From NCBI GenBank assembly GCA_013239625.1, contig MU054323.1:13189950-13253949 (forward strand): 64,000 nucleotides of DNA. The letters are read 5' to 3'. This stretch comes from Lama guanicoe. Taxonomy: Eukaryota. Position numbers and translations under genes: made by a program. The notes beneath the pieces were generated by a model. It was given only the letters and a program-made list of their open reading frames with translations. It did no database searches and was not told the DNA's origin. Positions 1 through 11,645 of this stretch are shown piece by piece; within the stretch, counting starts at the first letter, position 1; each line of letters begins with the position of its first letter.

Positions 1-476
1 TGAGACAGATGTTTTCAGACATGCCGCATGCCTAAAACATTTCCAGGGGTCGGGCTGCAAATAGTGACTTAATAAGTGGAAGAACAGGGAAAGTATGCAA
101 GTCGAGGACACAAGAGTTTATTCACCGCTAGGTGCACAGCCAACCTCTGTGCATTACATCTGCCTGTCAGGGCTGGCGCTCTCATCTGTCGTGCCCTGCG
201 TCCTGCTCTTTGTCTGCCCGTGAATAAAGTGCAGCATTGTGGTTAGTAATCCCACTCCAGTGACTCGACTTCAAATGTGGTTTTGGAGTGCATCCCAGAG
301 TTCTGTTTGCTAAGCTTCCTACTCCTGTTTCAGAGACACCACTGGATACAGAGCAGCGAGCACTGAAGGCTTCCCTCTTGCCTTAAACCTGCCGGGCTGT
401 GGGCTCTCTCTTTCCCCCTCTCCCTCCTTTCCTTTCTCTTTTTCCTTTTGTTTCCTAAACCTTCCACGGCGAGTTC
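1..476 (+). promoter_or_regulatory. LTBP1: Internal promoter / 5'UTR region of the short isoform LTBP1S (intronic for LTBP1L); exact TSS not determinable
   Basis: Directly upstream of the LTBP1S ATG (477). LTBP1S is known to use its own promoter inside an LTBP1L intron. No recognisable repeat here; 46-nt pure pyrimidine tract at 404-449. Confidence 0.7.
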
Positions 477-699
477 ATGGATACTAAGCTGACGTGTTTG
501 TTGTTCTTTTTCTCCCTGCCTCCGCTCCTAGTGGGTAACCACACTGGCCGCATCAAGGTGGTCTTCACTCCGAGCATCTGTAAGGTGACCTGCACCAAAG
601 GCAGCTGTCAGAACAGCTGTGAGAAGGGGAACACCACCACTCTCATTAGTGAGAATGGTCACGCTGCCGACACCCTGACAGCCACGAACTTCCGAGTGG
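477..699 (+). CDS. LTBP1: LTBP1S first coding exon: signal peptide [20 protein letters not shown], then [19 protein letters not shown]...TNFRV (4-Cys domain). 532-699 is the part shared with LTBP1L
   Basis: Translation matches the recalled N-terminus of LTBP1S. Donor GTG G|gtgagt at 699/700 (phase 1). Internal acceptor cctag|TG at 531/532 gives a 168-nt exon. Confidence 0.97.
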
Positions 700-3389
700 G
701 TGAGTTCCTCCACGGTCCCTAACTGTCTGTACCGGACAGAGTTTTATGAGATCGTAGCATTTAGAGCCCACCCCTCCATTCACACTGCTCTCGGCTTGAA
801 TGGGCTTCTGTCTAGGAGTACGAGTACGCTGCTCTCACGAGATCCTTTCCGTTGCTTTTGGAATGATTTTTAACTTGATTTTTGGTTTCTGAGGAAAATG
901 GCAAGTAGCACATTGCCCCTTATTGCTTATCATGTGCACAGCCTTGTGGTGACGGGGAGATGTCAGTAGGACAGAAGGGAACAGGCTTTAACTCAGAGCC
1001 CTAATGCACAGCTTGCACTGACCAGCTTCAGATTTTATCTGCTCATTGATAAGTAGAGTTTATGTTAGATTTGACTCGTGTTAGCAACTTTGGATGGTGG
1101 TGATTAAATTTAAACTTTTATTTCACAAATAGCCAGATCTGAAAAGATATCTAAAAATTGTCAGAATCTGTATTTTAGATATAGAAAGGGATACAGACTG
1201 ACATCTTTTGCCACGTTTCTTCCGTGTATCGAAAAACTGAATTATAAGTTGATATGTGACATGAATGTCGGGGAGGATATGCTAGTGGATTACTGTCAGC
1301 ACTTAAAAGCTTTTAATCTTTCATAATTTAAATATGAACTATGGTAGTTACTGCAAAAAGCCTTTTTACTTTTAAAAAGCCCTGTTTCTTTTTAACTTCT
1401 TTGTAAATGGAGAAAGTACTGCGGTCCACTGAATGCTGTCACACTGCCATGTTGTCATGCAATACGGTATTTTTGTCACGGAAAAATGTCTTTTATTATT
1501 TTTTGACCAATTATGGTTTGCCATGTGTACTCAAATAATCACAGACACCCACGTTACTTTATGAGTTGCTCACAAGAATAACCCAAATGTCAGACAGATA
1601 ATAACACTGGCTAGATCTGGTCTTTTTATGGAATATTGCTGTTTAGTCTTGGGAGCATGTGTCTGAGGCGAGGGGTGTCTGTTTCAAACTGACTTCCATC
1701 AAGACAAAATACAAGCAGGCAGCATGAAGTTCTTATTAGCTTTCTGATTATTGTACTGCTTTATTATAATTCCTGTTCCTTTTGAGGTCAAAGAACTGTC
1801 CTTAATAGTCTATGCTTGGGAAGAAAAATTACTTGTGCCCAAAGGTACTACTTAAAAGGGTATTGTTGATTTCCTGGCTATGATGGGGGACTTTGGGCAT
1901 ATTTTTTAAAAGAATTCAGCCATTAGGTGCCGTCATGCTTGAGCAGGGCAGAGAGCTGAGTCTAATGGGAAGTGTGTTAAACTGATGATCGGGAAACTAG
2001 ATTCTGGTCTTGGTCCCACCGCTTAACTAACTAATCCACAGGGTGTGACAGTTGATATTTCTGGACCTTAGTTTTTTCTCATCCATAAAATAAATGGCTT
2101 ATATCTCGTGACCTCTAAAATTCAGCTCATCCCTAAAATCTTAGGAATTTTTGTCAGTAATAAGTGAAATTGTTTCGTGGCTTTTTTGGAGGGCTATAGG
2201 CAAGGAAGGGGAAAAGCAATTCCCAATTAGGTTATTATGGGCGTAAAGGCTTTTTCTCATTTTTAACTTTTCTCTATTGCCTTCCTTACTCTTGTTGCTT
2301 TTCTTCCTCCATCATCATCGATCACGTCTGCTCCTCTTTCTTTCGGCATTTCTCATAAATCTTTACAGTAGGAATGACAGAGTAATGGGGATGGGTGGTA
2401 ATTTTTTGGCTTACCGTATATTCGCTTTGAAACTAAATATTTGAAGGCTTTGAGAAGCAGAGGAAGTCTACTTGTTAAAACACGCTGCACACTTTCCTCT
2501 CTGGCGTTTAAGCAGATGTGTAGGAACAGGATACACATAGCATATTTAAAGTACAAAACAGAGCAAAATTATTTACCAAAATATTTCAAAACCGAAACTC
2601 AACTCTGCCACAAAAGGGTTGGCCACGTCATTTAATTAAATAATAATAAGAATATAAAGGGAGAAGGCATCGTATTGAATTGTTTCACATTGGAAATCAT
2701 GGGAAATATTTCACTTACATCCCGAGCTATTTCTTTTCTTTATTTTAATTAAACTATTGGATAATCTGAGGGACAAGTTTTAATCATCATTTTATTGAAG
2801 ATGATAATTTTGTCCACTTCAGACATTGTGATTCTCTAGAAATACAGAGAATTTCAGGAATTCATTTTTTAGGTATAGAAGATCTCTTCTTGGGATTTAC
2901 CAGTTTAATGTAATTTTATTACTTAAAAGAAGTGGTTTCTTAATTGGCTTTCTCTGTGTGTATATTTGTTGACAATGTGTTAAATCTTTTGACAAATAAG
3001 ATACATCATATGGAAAATTGTAGTTTGAGAAAATTCAAAATGTATTGTAATTTGTCAGCAACTCTTTGGCCTCTGATTTTTAAGGTTACTAAAAAGTGGG
3101 GACTGGCAAGCTTTAAAGGACCAGATAGTTAATATTTTAGACTTTGCAACCCGTACAGTGTGTGTCACAGGTTCTCAACCCTATGTGGTGTCGTGACAAC
3201 AGCCGCAGATGGTGTGTAGGGGAGTGGGTGTGGTGCATTATAGAAACAGTCAATGGGCTGAATTTGACTCCAGTGCCAAGTTTGCTGACCCCTGCCCCAC
3301 GTAGTCAAAATAATACAGGGAAAGCCCCGTGGATTTCATAGTTAAGGCACCTTCATTAAATAATCCACTTTGATGATCAGAACAGCAAG

Positions 3390-3580
3390 AATAATTTTTA
3401 ACATTTGCATAGTGATGTCCCCCCCCCTTTTTTTTTTTTGGAAGAAGGAGAATAGATATTATTGTGACAGTTTTTTTAGACAGGGGAACTGAGGGACACA
3501 GGCTTAAGTGGGTTTGCCTTCATTACACAGCAAGGCAGTTAGCTGGGACTAGAGCCCAGGTCTCCTTGTGTCCTCTCTAA
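3390..3580. mobile_element. MIR SINE remnant
   Basis: MIR core-like text 'ttttagacaggggaactgagggacacagg...aagtgggtttgcc...ctgggactagagcccaggtct'. Confidence 0.6.
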
Positions 3581-6054
3581 CTCTCTGGGATCTGACAGTG
3601 ATGTGCAGGAGGCACCAGCAAAGGAAGGACCCGAGGGAGTTGGGTTTTGTGGGATGGCAGGAGGGAATAGCAGAATAAGCAGCTGGGAGTTGAGCAGCCC
3701 TGGGGTCCCATCCTGGTTTCCTCCTTCCCTTGGTTATGCTCATCTTGCTCTCCATCCTCTCCAGATCCAGGTCGCTCGTCCACACCAGGCAGGTGGTTAT
3801 AGGGCTATTCTGTAGCAGGCACAGGGGTGACCTTGGTTCCTTCCTTGCTTTTGTGCTGCTTCTGTGTTATCTTTCTGGTCCATGGTGACTTTGAGCGTGG
3901 GCTGTTCAGATGTGAGAAGACAGGTGCATTTCTTGTGGTGATTAGTGTACAGTCTCTTTTCCTGAGTATTCAGTGGGAGAAAGCAGAATTATAACTTCTA
4001 CTTGATGTGACTCTAGAAGTGAGGCCTGAATGAATGATACCTCAGGAAGTACTCTGAGAGTCTAGGATAAACTCATTTTTTATGAGTGTGAGATTGACCT
4101 GATGTAACAAGATATTTAGACTAAGAGGAATTTTCTGTAAAGCAGATTCTAGTTACAGTGACTTTGTGACTTTTGCCTCCTTGCACTCCCCTTCCTTTGT
4201 CTTTTTAAAAAATGGAAACATGTCCCTAGCTGGGTGGGCCGGCAGGTTAACTATTGTTGTTTTAATGGATTCTTAACATTTCATGGGGATATAATGAAGA
4301 TGACCTTCTGGGACATTCAAGCTGTTTACAGAGTTACAAGTTCCTCTAATAAGAAGAACATAGGAATTCTATGTTGTCACAACTAGACTATTTCAAATAA
4401 AATAATACTGTCACTTGGCATAACTTACTTGTGGAGAGAGAGCTGGAAAGGCAGTCGTGACTGCTAAGCTAACACTCTTGGGTTGTATGCTGCTCTCTCT
4501 GAGGAGTTCTGAGGGGCTCGTGTTCCATTTAGCACCACCTGAATGCTTATTACAAAAGTATTTGATAGTTTAAAAACTATGGTCCTGTATGTTATTTTAT
4601 GTGATGCTTGTTTTCCCTGAGAGAGATAAGTGAGTAATAGTCGTGTTTTGAGATGTGAGTACCAAGGCTTCAGTGGTTTGATCGTAGTTGACTTCAAGAC
4701 AGGTTTTCTCATCCCAGGGTCCAAATACCTCTTGTCCTCCAGTGTTGTCTCCTGTGACCATGTATGAAGTGACCATGTAGACAACACTGCACTGAATTTT
4801 CCAGGACAACAAAAACATAAAGCTGCCTTATGCTTTGAGGAGGAGGTGAGGGGTGCACAGGAATACCCCCCGTTCATAGCAGGGTCCCAGGGTCGCCACT
4901 TGTGGCTGAGGAGGAATTCTTTGAGAGAGGAGCTGGCCTGAGACTTCCCTGTTCAATTCCTCACATTCTCCCAGCAGCTAAATATGTTGGCTCATCATCG
5001 TAGCTGAGTAAACGCACATTGCCTGATTGTAGGCCGATGGGGGTGATGCATCTTGAAACAGTGACAAGTCCCAAAATAAAGACGGGTGAGACGTGTAGAG
5101 GGAAGGGTGAGGTAAAGTTAACAGGAGCAGAGGGAATTTACCTGCTAGAACGAGACATGGAGACAATAAGGCCCAGGGGGTTTGTGGACGTTGAGGGTAG
5201 GATTTAAACGCAGAAAGCATGAAGGATGGTCATGCTGGATGACGAGCCTGAGGAGGTAGGCTGGGGCAAGGCTGTGGCAAGGCTGTGGAGCACCTTGAGT
5301 TTCAAGCCTAGGAATTTGGATTTTACCCTTTTAGAACTTACTAAAGTTCTCTGGAAAGGGAGACATTGCTATTTATCATTTTGGAAAGGAGAGAGGGACA
5401 GCATCTCAGTTTTTTAGGTAGGAGACTAGTGACCTACTAGTGTGAACGGGCCTCTGAACAGCCGTGGCGATGATGACAGCCTCTGGCCGCCTTCACCTGT
5501 TGTGAGGCTGGCTCGCTGCTCTGCTCTGGGAATCTTGCTGTGTGTGTCACAGAACAATTGACGACAGAGTTGTGAGGCGGGTGGAAGCGGTCCAGGCTGC
5601 TGCACTCATTATGTGGGTTCTCCTCATAGGGAGGGAAGAAACTTCACTCTCAGTGAGGCATTAAATAAACTGACATCACTGCTCAGGAGTCTCAGTGCGT
5701 CTTTTTTCTGGCAACTTCCTTCTGACACTGTCTTTCACCCTCCTGTCATTGTTTGGATCCCTTGATGTTTATCCAGCACATCCAGAAACTGGTGAGAGGC
5801 AACATGTTCTCTTTGAACTGATGCATGTATTTCTCCCTTAACGCCTTGTACAGGCTTTGTCTTTTGAAGATGAGCCATCCAATACTAAAAGAAAGTGATT
5901 GCTTTTCATTTGAGCAACTTAGAATGCTCATGAGCTTGTCCAGCCACTCCCAGATACATTCAGTCTTACCAGTGTTTTCTAATACTGAGTGAGTGTCGTA
6001 ATGCAGAGCATGTCCTTTGTGTAAGCTGCAAAGCGCCTTTAAAAGGCTGGCATT

Positions 6055-6740
6055 GGGAACGTTTATTCATCTAACATAAACTTACTGAGCACCTACTGTG
6101 TGCCAGGGATTGGTTTAGGGATCAGGAATATGTAGCACTGAACAAAATAGACAAAGTCCTTGCCCTTCTGCTACATTAAAAATATGTGGCTATACAGTGT
6201 GTGAACCTTGAGGGTATTATGCTAAGTGAAACAAGCCAGTCACAAGGAGACAGATACTGTGATTCCTCTTAGGAGATTCCTAGAATAGTCAGATTCTTGG
6301 AGAAAGAGATGGGTGTTTGCTGGTATTGGTGGAAGGAGGGAAAATAAGGAGTTGTTTAATGGGTACAGGGTTTCAGGTTTGAAGATAATGTTTTATAGGG
6401 ATATGAATGTACTTAACACTACTAAACTCTACACTTAGAAGTGGTTAAGGTAGTAGATTTGACCTCATAGGTATTTTGCCAAAACAGAAAAAACTAAAAA
6501 AAGTGTACACTATTGTCAAATGCCTACTTATCAAAAGTACACTGTCAGAAACATTAGATATGCCAGACTGTTGGGTAGTGACAGATGCGATGAAGAAAGA
6601 AGTCGTTGAGAGGGGGACAGAGAGTGGGGAGTGTTGGTGGGATGAATGGATCGCTACTTAGGATATGTCAGGAAGGGCTCTCTGGTGAGATGCTGTTTTA
6701 GAGACTTGAAATAAGTAGCAAACTCTGGGAGGGAGCATCT
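6055..6740 (-). mobile_element. L2 LINE 3' remnant, interrupted by an L1M fragment
   Basis: 'tttattcatctaacataaacttactgagcacctactgtgtgccagg...aacaaaatagacaaagtccttgccctt' is typical of the L2 3' end; L2-like text resumes near 6550. Confidence 0.6.
6195..6495 (+). mobile_element. L1MB-like 3'UTR fragment
   Basis: 'gaaccttgagggtattatgctaagtgaaacaagccagtcacaa...gttgtttaatgggtacagggtttcag...gaatgtacttaacactactaaact', ending in an A-rich tail. Confidence 0.7.
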
Positions 6741-6992
6741 CAAACTTAATAATGTAACTGTGTCACTGTGTTTGTTAAACTGTAGAGCATCTCTCAAGGT
6801 CGGTGTCAGAAGCATTCACTCAAACTTTTCCTATATGTCATCCTGGGTTAGATTTTAGCGATGTGTGTTGTATCAGGCACACACAGAGGATAGAGGTTAA
6901 GCAAGTCTTGTCCCCTGGGTGGAAAAAAAATGGTCCTGGCATAATTGCAGAAGGAATTTTTGTTATTTATAATAAAAAAGGATAAGATCTTA

Positions 6993-7061
6993 GGGGGAGG
7001 GTAATAGCTCAGTGGTAGAGCTCATGGTTACCGTGCATGATTTACCTCCATTAAAAAAAAA
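6993..7061 (+). mobile_element. tRNA-derived SINE (camelid Vic-1-like), internally deleted, with 12-bp TSD
   Basis: Head gggggagggtaatagctcagtggtagag (A box), short A tail, flanked by gataagatctta at 6981-6992 and 7062-7073. Confidence 0.85.
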
Positions 7062-10000
7062 GATAAGATCTTACATACAGACAAAAATTACTAGAAAAAG
7101 CTGTGTCACTTCTTTCTCCAACATTATTTTGTGTAAGTCTGGTCGCAGGATTTTTGGCATGGAGCTTGGTTACAAGGGTAGGTGTGTGCATATGTGCGCG
7201 TGCACACACATGCACGTGTTCACGCTAGGGGAGGGGGCTGCGTGGAAAGATGGTTCCGGGTGTCGGTTGGACCAAGGAGGGGCAATAGGTTGACCCTAAA
7301 AGTCCAAATCAGGAGAAAATGAGATTGAAGGTGAAGATTCTTGAAGCTGAGAAAGTGAGAGGCATCAGAGTGGGCAGTATGAGAAAGTATGTCTGGAGTT
7401 AGGACAGTTTTAAAAAAAAAAACCTTAGGTGAAAGAGGGTTCAGCAGTTTGCTAATAACTCCGTGAGAAAGGCATGTGTGATTGATTGTTCCTTTTAAGC
7501 CGTGCCTGGCCTGTATCATGGAGGGGTGAGGGAAGGGACTTTTTAAAAGAGTCGTGCAAGGCTAGCCTAGGATAAATGACCTTTCAAAATTCCTTGGTGT
7601 CTGCAACACAGTGTCCCAAAATGTGTGTTCTTCCCTAGTCTGTCAGCTTGAGCATGTGGAATGATCTTTGGAAAACTCCAAACTGCTTAGCATAGCACGT
7701 GGGGCCCTCCAGGGTCAGCTGCCTCCTGGCTCGCTGGCTATGCCCCCTTTCTGTTTCTGCCAAACTGAGCCTCCAGAGGAACCGAGGTCCCCCAGTGCTC
7801 CCAGCCCTCTGTGCCTCTGTCCACACTGCCGCCTTTGCCTGGAGGTGGAGGCCCCCACCCCCACCCCATCTGCCTGGACGTCATCTACTGCTTTTGTGAG
7901 TCAGCCAAGCACCACTCAGGCGACAGAGCCTCACTCCCCTCGTTTGTTGCCATGCCTGTTTCTTCCACTGAGCTCTGAACTGTTTAGGAACAGGGCCCTG
8001 TCTGTATCACATTGGTGTCCCCAGGCCAGTGCAGGGCCTCACTGTGGAGATGCTTAGTGAATTCTGGTTGACAAAACCATATTGTCTGTGCAGGTGCCTG
8101 TGTAAGGGTGTTACATACAGCCCTGCCCAGAACAGCTTCATCGTGAATTCTCAGGCAACTGAAATCATAGGAGTAGAATAATCATCTGAGAAGTCTCTAG
8201 AGGGTTTGGGGTCATAGGAAAGAACACATTCCAGTGTCTGCAAGATGCATGAAAAAAGGGCACCTTTGTAACACTTTGCTTGGAGTTCGGGTTTTCCATT
8301 TTTAACACTGCCTGCAGTGTACTTTCTCCTCAGGGCAAAGTGCAGTTAGATTTCCATACCTTTAGTACAGTTTCCCACTGTATGGAATTTCTGCTCCCTG
8401 TTCCTGCATCTATCTAAATACTCATAGTCTTTGAAGGAACAACCTCAAGTTCCATTTCACATGCTTCTGCCTGTGCTTCTCCGCCCCTCCATTTTTCACC
8501 TCTGGTCATGTCCATGTTAACCGACACTCGGTGATCTGGCTCAGGTGTACTAGTGGCTGGTCCTAGGACCGTGGGCTGGTGATTTAACCTCTTTGATTCC
8601 ACGCAGATAAAATGAATCCGATAATACCTTGGCCTTCCTTGCAGAGCTGTTCTGAGGCTCACGAGGAGCAGGCTGGAGGTGCACGTGGGTTCCTTGGATT
8701 GCCTTGAAAGTTTCTCTCCTTCTGAAGATAACAAATCCTTCTCTTAATTAGCAAACCCTACCTCCTGTGAACCCGGGAGGGCGCTTACATCTCCTGGAGC
8801 TTGGATAGGGTATGTTCCCTTCGTTTACTGATCTTGATAGTGCAGTAGCATCAAGAAAGACAGGAGGATGTCTCTTTTACTCCTTCATGTTGGTGCTCTG
8901 TGCCTAGTGCACAGAAGGCTCTTCGCTTACGATTAGACTGCCCACAAAGTATTGTCAGGTATCATCATCATCACATGGCAGGGACAACGTACTAGCGCCG
9001 TGCTCCCGTCTGCTGTGGATCACGCACCAACCGCTTTGAGGGGTTAACTTGCTTACCCAGGAAGCTCTTGCATGTTGCCAAGTCTGCTGGCAAGGGTGAG
9101 AGTGTTTAAACAATGTAGCACATTTTGGAACCAAAAGCTGTGGTCAGGAGGAAAAGCAATCATCTTGACTAGATGGGGCATCCCCAGTGATGGGCGGTTA
9201 TAACTTTGATTCTACTTGGTGCTATTCACTTGGCTGTCATTTGTGAAAGTTTATCTCTGGACTCCTAGGTTAGAGTAAGTTTAAAGATGCTGCTGAACTT
9301 AAAATAGATACTGAAACCACATTTATGTGATACAGTTTATACCTGCGGCATTTATTGGCATAGGGGTTGGGCTCAATTTTGCATCTATAGTCAGAAAGTC
9401 AAACATTTGTATCAGCTTTTAATATCAAAGTGTATATGCTTTTTCCACGTGGAGGAGGAGTAATGAATGTGTGTATTGTTGGAAAAACGTCCTGGAACTA
9501 ACATCACAGATGATGTGAAAATGTTTTGTTCTGCAGCCACACAGTCCTCTTTGGGCTGGGAAAATAAAATAGCTACCAAATGGGGAAGGATACAGTTAGT
9601 GAGGAAGTTTGTTTGCAATTCATTCCCTAAAATTTTATCACAAAGAAATGAGAAGAGGCAGATGCCCTTCCATTGCCAGTGCTGTAATGTAATATTGTCA
9701 TTGATGCAGATTTATTAAAACTTGATTTTCTGTTTAGTTGAAGGGTATATATAGGTTTAAGGAATGGTTTACTGCTTGACTCCACCATCTTGAATTTAGA
9801 CTCATGCAATAATTACTTAAAAAAAAAAAACTGGCATGAATGCAGTGCTAGCTTTTTGTAAGATTTGCTGGAAAAAAGAAACAACCTTATGCAGTAATGA
9901 GAGATTTCTTCACTCTGAGACCAAACTTCAGATGTCCATCAGATTCCATGAAAACTTGTTCTGGATTTTGGGGACTTTCTAAGCTTTCCTAACACAATAA

Positions 10001-11295
10001 CTCAGCCTAATTTTCATCAGTTTTTCCCTAGAAAAGGTAAAAGGGAAACTTGACATTAAAATGTTTTGCAGTGTGGAAAACAGACCACTGCCCTTTGGCA
10101 GATTCAGAAAGTATACTAGAACATTCTTAAGTCTGTTTAGCAAGATTAAAATATGTCACTCTCTGCCACTGCGTTGTCCCTATGGGAAGGGTGATTTATG
10201 AGCCCTTTGGGCCTTCTTGTGGTATTAGTAACATCTTGAGCCAGCTGTTTTATTGGGTGTACACAGCGGGTAATTAGAAACATCTGAAAGTCCCGTAATG
10301 TGCCCAGAAAACCATCCTGTTGTATGGAAAGAAAAAAAACGACATTCATGTGAAGTTGTGTACTTGATAAATAGATGCATTTGTAGTCAACAAAATTTAC
10401 CCTGTTATACCATTTTTGAAAAAGAGGCTAAGGTCTTCAGGCTGAAAATATCCTTTTATTGAAATACACTCACTGCAGAAATCATAACCTTATTTGGTAA
10501 AAGGCTTCTGACTGTGCTGTTCATACAGTAATTATCATTTCCCTTCTGTCAGACTTCATCATATTATAGGCCATTTTCTGCCAGAAGTATTTCTTCTTTT
10601 ACCTGGCAGCTACTTGAAAACTTTAGAATTTGGAGGGTTCTCACTTAAGGAAATTAACTCTTTGAAACATCGAGCACCAGGGACTAATCGTGCCCAGTTT
10701 GCCTAATAGTGTATCCTAGAAATTGGGTTGAGATTCAAGAGTTGGGGCTCTCTTTTAGCTGGTCTGTATGAAATGTGATCTGCTCCAGCGGTGGCTGAAT
10801 TTGGGTATTTGGGTATGCAGCAATCACCGCGGCGAAGGCAGGGTCTGATTTAAATCAGGTCCTGTTCTCTCTTCCCTCAAGACAAAATCTAGACAAGAAA
10901 ACCTAACATTTGGTGGTGGCTGGTGAATGGTTCCTTTCATCTTCATTCACAAATAACAAGCCTTTATGAGAAGTCAGCGCTAAGTCATACTGACATATCC
11001 CAGGCAGCTGTGGACAAGGCTCAAGTTGGAGGCCCCTGGGATTCTTTTCAACCTGTCTTGCTTTGCCTGTCCCCACTGGGTGTGCCATTTTTGATCATTT
11101 TGAATGGGTGTCCTCATGGCTCGCAGAAGATTTGTAGCCAGTAGTGTGTTTTGTGGGGGTTGGCAGTGACTTAAACATCTGGAAGGAGAAGTGGGTTCAC
11201 CTGTGTTAAAAAGTTGATGGTAGGATGGTCCGTAGGCACTCTTGCCAAAACTTGGCTTCTAATACCTGCCCTCACCAACCCAATGGTCACTGAAT

Positions 11296-11645
11296 CAGTG
11301 GTCTCAGTCCTGGTGATACAACAGAATGCCCCGTGGATTACTTAAAAGGTACAGATGCCCAGGCCACACCCTGGCTTCCTGAATCAGAATCTGGGTGTGC
11401 TTTGGGGTTATGTGTAGTTTGACAGCAAACGATGCAGGTGATACTTATAGCTCTGATGGAGACCTGTAGTCTAAGCCCGTGCTTATTTCCCTTTAATATT
11501 CATAAAAATCATTGTGACTCTTGGTAAAATGTAGGTTCCGAGTCAGTAGATCCTGGAGTGGGGCTTGAGTTTCTGCATTTTTAATAAGTTCCCAGGGGGA
11601 TGGGGTGCTGCTTGGCCCATGTGTCACCCTTTGAGTAGCTAAGGT
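11296..11645. mobile_element. Two adjacent MER5-type (hAT-Charlie) MITE remnants
   Basis: 'cagtggtctca...acagatgcccaggccacaccc...tgaatcagaatct' and 'gagtcagtagatcctggagtggggcttgag...tgcatttttaataagttcccaggg...ctttgagtagc'. Confidence 0.65.

Noticed and set aside
700..722. ORF 477-722 as a stand-alone 81-aa protein
   Set aside because: The last residues (EFLHGP) are intron read-through past a good GTGAGT donor; no nearby polyA signal noticed.
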